A stretch of DNA of 62,417 bases from an uncultured bacterium (GTDB lineage Bacteria > Armatimonadota > Hebobacteria > CAYNSX01): contig CAYNSX010000009.1 in NCBI GenBank assembly GCA_964400165.1, positions 1 to 62,417 of the forward strand, given 5' to 3'. This document shows, piece after piece, positions 57,756 through 62,417 of the stretch (positions within the stretch are counted from its first letter, which is position 1; each line of letters opens with the position of its first letter). The notes under the pieces were generated by a model. The model was not told the origin of the DNA. It saw only the letters and a program-made list of their open reading frames with translations, and did no database searches. Made by a program: the position numbers and the translations under genes.

Positions 57756-58904
57756 GGGGAGGACGCCGGCGACGACGCCGGTGACGACACTGACGCCGAC
57801 GGCGGCGCCGACATAGACCAGGGGCGTGCTGATGGGCAGGCCGGGGACAAAGAGCCGAATCAGCCCGCCGACGCCGAGGCCGAAGGCGATGCCGGCGGCG
57901 CCGCCGCCGAGGGCGAGCAGGACGGCCTCGACGAGGAAGACGGAGAACACCTGGCGCGTGGTGGCGCCGACGGCGCGGATGAGGCCGATCTCGCCGGTGC
58001 GCTCACCGACCCCGATCCACATCATCGTCAGGATGCCGATGGCGCCGACGAGGAGCGAGATGCCGGCGATGCCGCCGACGGAGATGGTGATGATGTTCAT
58101 GACATTGCCGAAGACGCGCAGCATTTCGGTTTGCGTGAGGACGGTGAAATCTTCGCGGCCGTGGCGCTCGGTGAGCAGGCGGCGGACGGCGGCGGCGACG
58201 GAGTCGCCGAGCGACGCGTTGGCGTAAAGGATGTCGATTTCTTGCAACTCGTCGAGGTTGAACATCCGCATCGTGGTGGCGACGGGGACATAGAGGGTGT
58301 CATCGAGGTCGAAGCCGAGCATTTGTCCCTTCGGGATCATGACGCCGACGACGCGCAGGCGCTGGCCGGCGACGCGGACGAATTGCCCGAGCGCGTTCTC
58401 TTCGCCGAAGAGCTCGCGCTTGAGGCGCGGGCCGAGGACGGTGACGGCGGCGCCCTTGCGGGGGTCGCCGGGCGGAAGGAAGGTGCCCTGGCGAACTTCG
58501 AATTTCCACACTTGCGGCATTTTGTCGCTGACGCCGTAGACGAAGACGCTGCGGCCGCGGTTGTTCGCCTCGACGCGGGCGAGGCCGAAGGCGACGGGCA
58601 CGACTTCGACGACGCCGGGCAGGCGGCGGATGGCCTCGGCGTCTTCGAGGGTGAGTTTGCGCGTGGAGCCGCCGAGGACGCCGGGGATGCCGACGGTTTC
58701 AGTCTTGCCCGGGTTGACCTGCATCAGGTTGGTGCCGAACTGGGTGAACTGGTCAAGGAGGTAGCGGCGCGTACCTTCGCCGATGGAGGTGAGCAGCATC
58801 ACCGCGGCGATGCCGATGGCGATACCGAGCATCGAGAGGACGGAGCGCATCCGATGCGCGCGGAGGGTGGCGAATCCAAGGCCGAGGAGTTGCGTCAGTT
58901 CCAT
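57705..58904 (-). CDS. MacB/FtsX-like ABC transporter permease
   Basis: RSVLSMLGIAIGIAAV, periplasmic domain, ISLLVGAIGI..M...V.ERTGEIG, PARRAALLDPIESLR. Confidence 0.93.
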   Translation of the reverse strand: MELTQLLGLGFATLRAHRMRSVLSMLGIAIGIAAVMLLTSIGEGTRRYLLDQFTQFGTNLMQVNPGKTETVGIPGVLGGSTRKLTLEDAEAIRRLPGVVEVVPVAFGLARVEANNRGRSVFVYGVSDKMPQVWKFEVRQGTFLPPGDPRKGAAVTVLGPRLKRELFGEENALGQFVRVAGQRLRVVGVMIPKGQMLGFDLDDTLYVPVATTMRMFNLDELQEIDILYANASLGDSVAAAVRRLLTERHGREDFTVLTQTEMLRVFGNVMNIITISVGGIAGISLLVGAIGILTMMWIGVGERTGEIGLIRAVGATTRQVFSVFLVEAVLLALGGGAAGIAFGLGVGGLIRLFVPGLPISTPLVYVGAAVGVSVVTGVVAGVLPARRAALLDPIESLRAE

Positions 58905-58905
58905 G

Positions 58906-60108
58906 TCAGCGGCGGCTCAACGCGGCGACCGGGTCGAGGCCGGCTGCGTGACGGGCAGGCAGGACGCCAAAGACCGTGCCGACGACGATGGACACGGCAA
59001 GCGCGGCCGCGACAGCCCAGGTGGGCGGACTGGCGGGCAATTGCGGAACGAACCCAACCAGAATGCGCACGGCGATCCAGCCGATGAGCAGGCCGAGCAG
59101 GCCGCCGCCGGTCCCGATCAGCGCGGCCTCGACGAGAAAGACGCGCAGCACCTGGCCGCGGTGGACACCGACGGCCTTGAGCAGCCCGACTTCGCCGGTG
59201 CGTTCGGAGACCGAGACCAGCATCACATTCATAATCCCGAGCCCGGCGACGGAGAGCGAAATGGCGGCGATGCCGGCGAGGGCGAGTGTCAGGACGCCGA
59301 AGATGGCGGTGAAGGCGGAGAGGACGGCGTCCTGTGTGATGACGGTGAAGTCTTCTTCGCCGTGGCGTGCGGTGAGCAGCGCCAGGGTCTGCGTGCGGAC
59401 GGCGGTGATGTCCGCGGCGGCGTGCAGTTGAATCATGATGCGGAAGAGGGAAGTGCGGTTGAACATGCGCATGCCGGTCGTCACCGGGATGACGGCGACC
59501 TCATCCATATTGAGACCCATATTGACGCCCTGCGGTTCGAGGACGCCGATGACGCGCATCCGCCAGTCGCCGACGCGCAACACCTGACCGACGGCGCTGA
59601 CGCCGGGGAAGAGTTCGGCGGCGACTTTGTGACCGAGGACGACGACCGGCGCGCCGCGGCCGAGGTCGCCGGCGGGCAGGAAGTCGCCGCTGGCCAGGTG
59701 CATGTGGCGCACGAACATCATGTCGCGGCTGGTGCCGGCGACGGCGACATCGCGGCGCCGGTCGCCGAAGGCGACGGAGCCGCTGCCGACAACGAGCGGG
59801 ACAATATAGCGGGCGCCGCGCACCTGCTGCCGCAGAGTGGCGAGGTCGTCGAGGGTCAGGTCGTTAGGGACACCGGAGAAGCCGGGATAGAAGCCGGAGG
59901 TCTCGGTCTTGCCGGGCAGGACGAGCAGCAGGTTGGAACCGATGGCGGAGAACTGGTCGGTGACATAGCGCCGGGCGCCTTCGCCGAGGGCGGTGAGCGC
60001 GACGACGGCGGCGACGCCGATGGCGACGCCGAGGAGCGAGAGGACCGTGCGCAGCCGGTGGCGCAGGAGCGCAGTCAGGCAGAAGTCCATCAGGTCGCGG
60101 GCGGTCAT
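58906..60108 (-). CDS. MacB/FtsX-like ABC transporter permease
   Basis: RTVLSLLGVAIGVAAV, GIMNVMLVSVSERTGEVG, PARHAAGLDPV. Confidence 0.93.
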   Translation of the reverse strand: MTARDLMDFCLTALLRHRLRTVLSLLGVAIGVAAVVALTALGEGARRYVTDQFSAIGSNLLLVLPGKTETSGFYPGFSGVPNDLTLDDLATLRQQVRGARYIVPLVVGSGSVAFGDRRRDVAVAGTSRDMMFVRHMHLASGDFLPAGDLGRGAPVVVLGHKVAAELFPGVSAVGQVLRVGDWRMRVIGVLEPQGVNMGLNMDEVAVIPVTTGMRMFNRTSLFRIMIQLHAAADITAVRTQTLALLTARHGEEDFTVITQDAVLSAFTAIFGVLTLALAGIAAISLSVAGLGIMNVMLVSVSERTGEVGLLKAVGVHRGQVLRVFLVEAALIGTGGGLLGLLIGWIAVRILVGFVPQLPASPPTWAVAAALAVSIVVGTVFGVLPARHAAGLDPVAALSRR

Positions 60109-60821
60109 GCGGGCAGCGGGGCGAGCAGATGCTCGGCGCGCAGGTCGCGGCCGGCGACGCGGTGGACGATGCGGCCGTCGCGCAACACCAGGACGCGCTG
60201 CGCGCGGCGGGCGAGTTCGGGGTTGTGCGTGACGACGAGGAGCGTCAACCCGGCGGCGTTCATCCGTTCGAGGAGCGCCATCACCTGCTCGCCGGAGGCG
60301 GTGTCGAGGTTGCCGGTGGGTTCGTCCACGAGCAGGATGCGTGGCTGCATAATCGTGGCGCGGGCGATGGCGACGCGCTGGCGCTCGCCGCCGGAGAGTT
60401 GATTGGGGCGGTGGTGCATGCGGGGGGCGAGGCCGACGGCGGTGAGCGCGGCGGCGACGCGGCGGCGGCGCTCGGGGCGAGGGACGCCGGCGAACATCAT
60501 CGGGAGTTCGACATTGCCGGCGGCGGTCAGGCGCGGGATGAGGTGAAAGAACTGAAACACGAAGCCGATCTTGTGGCGGCGGACTTCGGAGAGTTCACCT
60601 TCGGTCAATTCGCTGACCAGGTGGTCGTCGAGCCAATACGAGCCGGATGTGGGACGGTCGAGACAGCCGATGATGTTGAGCAGCGTGGACTTGCCCGAGC
60701 CGGAGGGGCCGATGATTGCGATGTAGTTGCCGGCGTCCACGGTTTCGGTGACATCCACCAAGGCATAGACCGGCTGGCCGCCCACTTCGTAAGTGCGGCA
60801 GACGCCGTCGAGGCGGATCAC
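60105..60821 (-). CDS. ABC transporter ATP-binding protein (MacB/LolD-like)
   Basis: GPSGSGKST, IGFVFQ, LSGGERQRVAIAR, DEPTGNLD, VVTH. Confidence 0.95.
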   Translation of the reverse strand: MIRLDGVCRTYEVGGQPVYALVDVTETVDAGNYIAIIGPSGSGKSTLLNIIGCLDRPTSGSYWLDDHLVSELTEGELSEVRRHKIGFVFQFFHLIPRLTAAGNVELPMMFAGVPRPERRRRVAAALTAVGLAPRMHHRPNQLSGGERQRVAIARATIMQPRILLVDEPTGNLDTASGEQVMALLERMNAAGLTLLVVTHNPELARRAQRVLVLRDGRIVHRVAGRDLRAEHLLAPLPA

Positions 60822-61972
60822 CGCGGGGCGGGCTCCGTGGTCACGGTCACGCGGGCGCCGGCGATGATGTCCGTGCGGTCGAGCGTCATCACCACCTGGT
60901 CGCCCTCGGCGAGTCCGTCGGTGATTTCGGTGAACTCCCAGTTGCGCAGGCCGGTCTTCACCAGGCGCTCTTCGAGGCGGCCGTCGCGGACGATGAAGAC
61001 TTTGCCGCCCTCGAGCAGCGCCGCGGTCGGGATGCGCAACACCGATTCGCGGGCGCTCAAGACGATTTCGACATCAGCGGAAGTGCCGGGGAGGAGCACA
61101 TCACCACCGGGCGCTTCGTCGATTTCGACTTCGACATCGACGGTGCGGTTCTGTTCGAGGATGTCGAGGACGAAGGGCGCCACGCGCACGACATGGCCGG
61201 CGAATTTGCGGTCGGGAAAGGGGTCGAGGGTGACGAGCGTCGCCTGGCCGGCGCGGATGCGTGACGAGTCGACTTCGTTGATGGGCGCCAGGATGTAGAG
61301 GCTCGAGGGATCGAGCAGGTCCACGACGGGCGGGATGGGGACGCCGGGCGGCGAGGGCGTGATGAATTCGCCGACTTCGACGGTGAGCCGAGCCACGATG
61401 CCGCTGAACGGCGCCCGGATGACGGTCTTGGCAATTTCGTTCTGCAGGGCGTCGATGCGGGCGCGGGCGGCGTCGACGCCGGCACGCGACGCGCGGCAGC
61501 CGGCAGCGGCGGCCTGCGCGGCGACTTGCAACTGGTCGATGAAACTGGCGGAGACATACTGGCGCAGGGCCGGGTCCTGATAGCGCGCCAACTCGCGTGC
61601 CGCACGGTCGGCTTCCAGGCAGGCCTGGGATTGCCGGTCGCGCGCGGCGGCGAGGTCGTGCTGGGCCTGGTCGAGCGATGCGCGCTGCAACGAATCATCG
61701 AGGCGCAGAATCACCTGGCCGGCGGCGACGGCCTGCCCCTCACGCCGCTCGATGGCGGCGACGCGGCCGCCGATGTCGGGCGAGAGTTGCGCGCGGCGGC
61801 GAGCCGTCACCGTGCCCGCCTTCGAGTTGGTGACCGTTTCTTCGACGCGCCCGCGGGCGATGGCGACGACGCGGACTTCAATCGGCTTCGGCGCAAAGAC
61901 GGTGAGGCGCAGCACGATAATGCCGCCCACGCCGGCGCCGACCACCAACAGCCGAATCAGCCATTTGTACAC
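60818..61972 (-). CDS. Efflux periplasmic adaptor (MacA/HlyD-like)
   Basis: From GTG 61972: TM anchor, lipoyl halves (GGRVAAI..EGQAVAAGQ; IRAPFSGIV), coiled coil, LLPGTSA, TGL..EITDGLAEGD. Confidence 0.92.
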   Translation of the reverse strand: MYKWLIRLLVVGAGVGGIIVLRLTVFAPKPIEVRVVAIARGRVEETVTNSKAGTVTARRRAQLSPDIGGRVAAIERREGQAVAAGQVILRLDDSLQRASLDQAQHDLAAARDRQSQACLEADRAARELARYQDPALRQYVSASFIDQLQVAAQAAAAGCRASRAGVDAARARIDALQNEIAKTVIRAPFSGIVARLTVEVGEFITPSPPGVPIPPVVDLLDPSSLYILAPINEVDSSRIRAGQATLVTLDPFPDRKFAGHVVRVAPFVLDILEQNRTVDVEVEIDEAPGGDVLLPGTSADVEIVLSARESVLRIPTAALLEGGKVFIVRDGRLEERLVKTGLRNWEFTEITDGLAEGDQVVMTLDRTDIIAGARVTVTTEPAPR

Positions 61973-62298
61973 GCGGACAGGGTAACAGGGAGGCGGGGAA
62001 TGGGGCGAGGGTGTGGGGTGTCGGAGGTGGGGTGTGAGACAGCGGAGATCGCCCACCTGGTAGCCCCGGAATTCCCATTCCGGAGTCTGCGCGGTGAACA
62101 CCGACCTCACCCCGCCCTGGGGGCCGGGGGTGAGGTTCAGTGAAGGAACAGGCGGGACGCCTGCGGTGACTGACATCACTCCCCCTCTCCTCACAGGAGA
62201 GGGGGACGGGGGGTGAGGCCGTCTGCCGGTCGCCGCAGGAATGCGGCTCCTACGGGTTCAGTTTCCCCGTTTCTCCGTTTCCCCTAGAATCGGCGGCA

Positions 62299-62417
62299 AT
62301 GGCATCCGACTTCAGCCAACAGAAACCCTCGCCCCGCCTTCGCCCCTCGACTGCGCTCGGGGCAAGTCACCCCTCTCCCAAGTACTTGGGAGAGGGGACG
62401 GGGGAGAGGGTTGAAGT
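62299..62417 (+). CDS. Possible start of a gene running off the window, reading through a palindromic repeat
   Basis: TAGAAT lies 8 nt before the ATG. The frame MASDFSQQKPSPRLRPSTALGASHPSPKYLGEGTGERVE is open to the window end. Confidence 0.3.
   Translation, partial: MASDFSQQKPSPRLRPSTALGASHPSPKYLGEGTGERVE

Overview
A GC-rich bacterial chromosomal segment from a diderm (it encodes a secretin). Armatimonadota is a plausible but unproven guess. Housekeeping genes (murJ, rpsT, Xaa-Pro peptidase, aroQ, purN, ligA, thiD, uvrA, a MacAB-like exporter) surround several notable blocks. (1) A ~17 kb minus-strand type IV pilus locus (4090-21097) is preceded by a c-di-GMP-I (GEMM) riboswitch. It starts with a membrane protein, an MglA GTPase and a DUF4388 protein, continues through pilMNOPQ-pilB-pilT-pilC, and then encodes a SigB/SigF-type sigma factor fused to a degenerate GGDEF domain with an intact RxxD I-site, directly ahead of the pilin genes. 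This is the best candidate for an undescribed system: a c-di-GMP-sensing sigma factor built into a pilus operon. (2) A family of CCCTCTCCC-loop-GGGAGAGGG palindromic repeats brackets a DUF559 nuclease as inverted repeats, is read in frame inside genes, and sits beside duplicated gene ends (stacked, synonymously recoded 3' ends of an ABC permease; displaced 5' ends of uvrA). (3) A tandem array of four secreted helical-repeat paralogues has conserved junctions. (4) An XamI-like restriction enzyme is paired with an N4-cytosine-type methyltransferase. ACGT is almost absent from the window. All calls come from reading the sequence by eye; no database searches were run.
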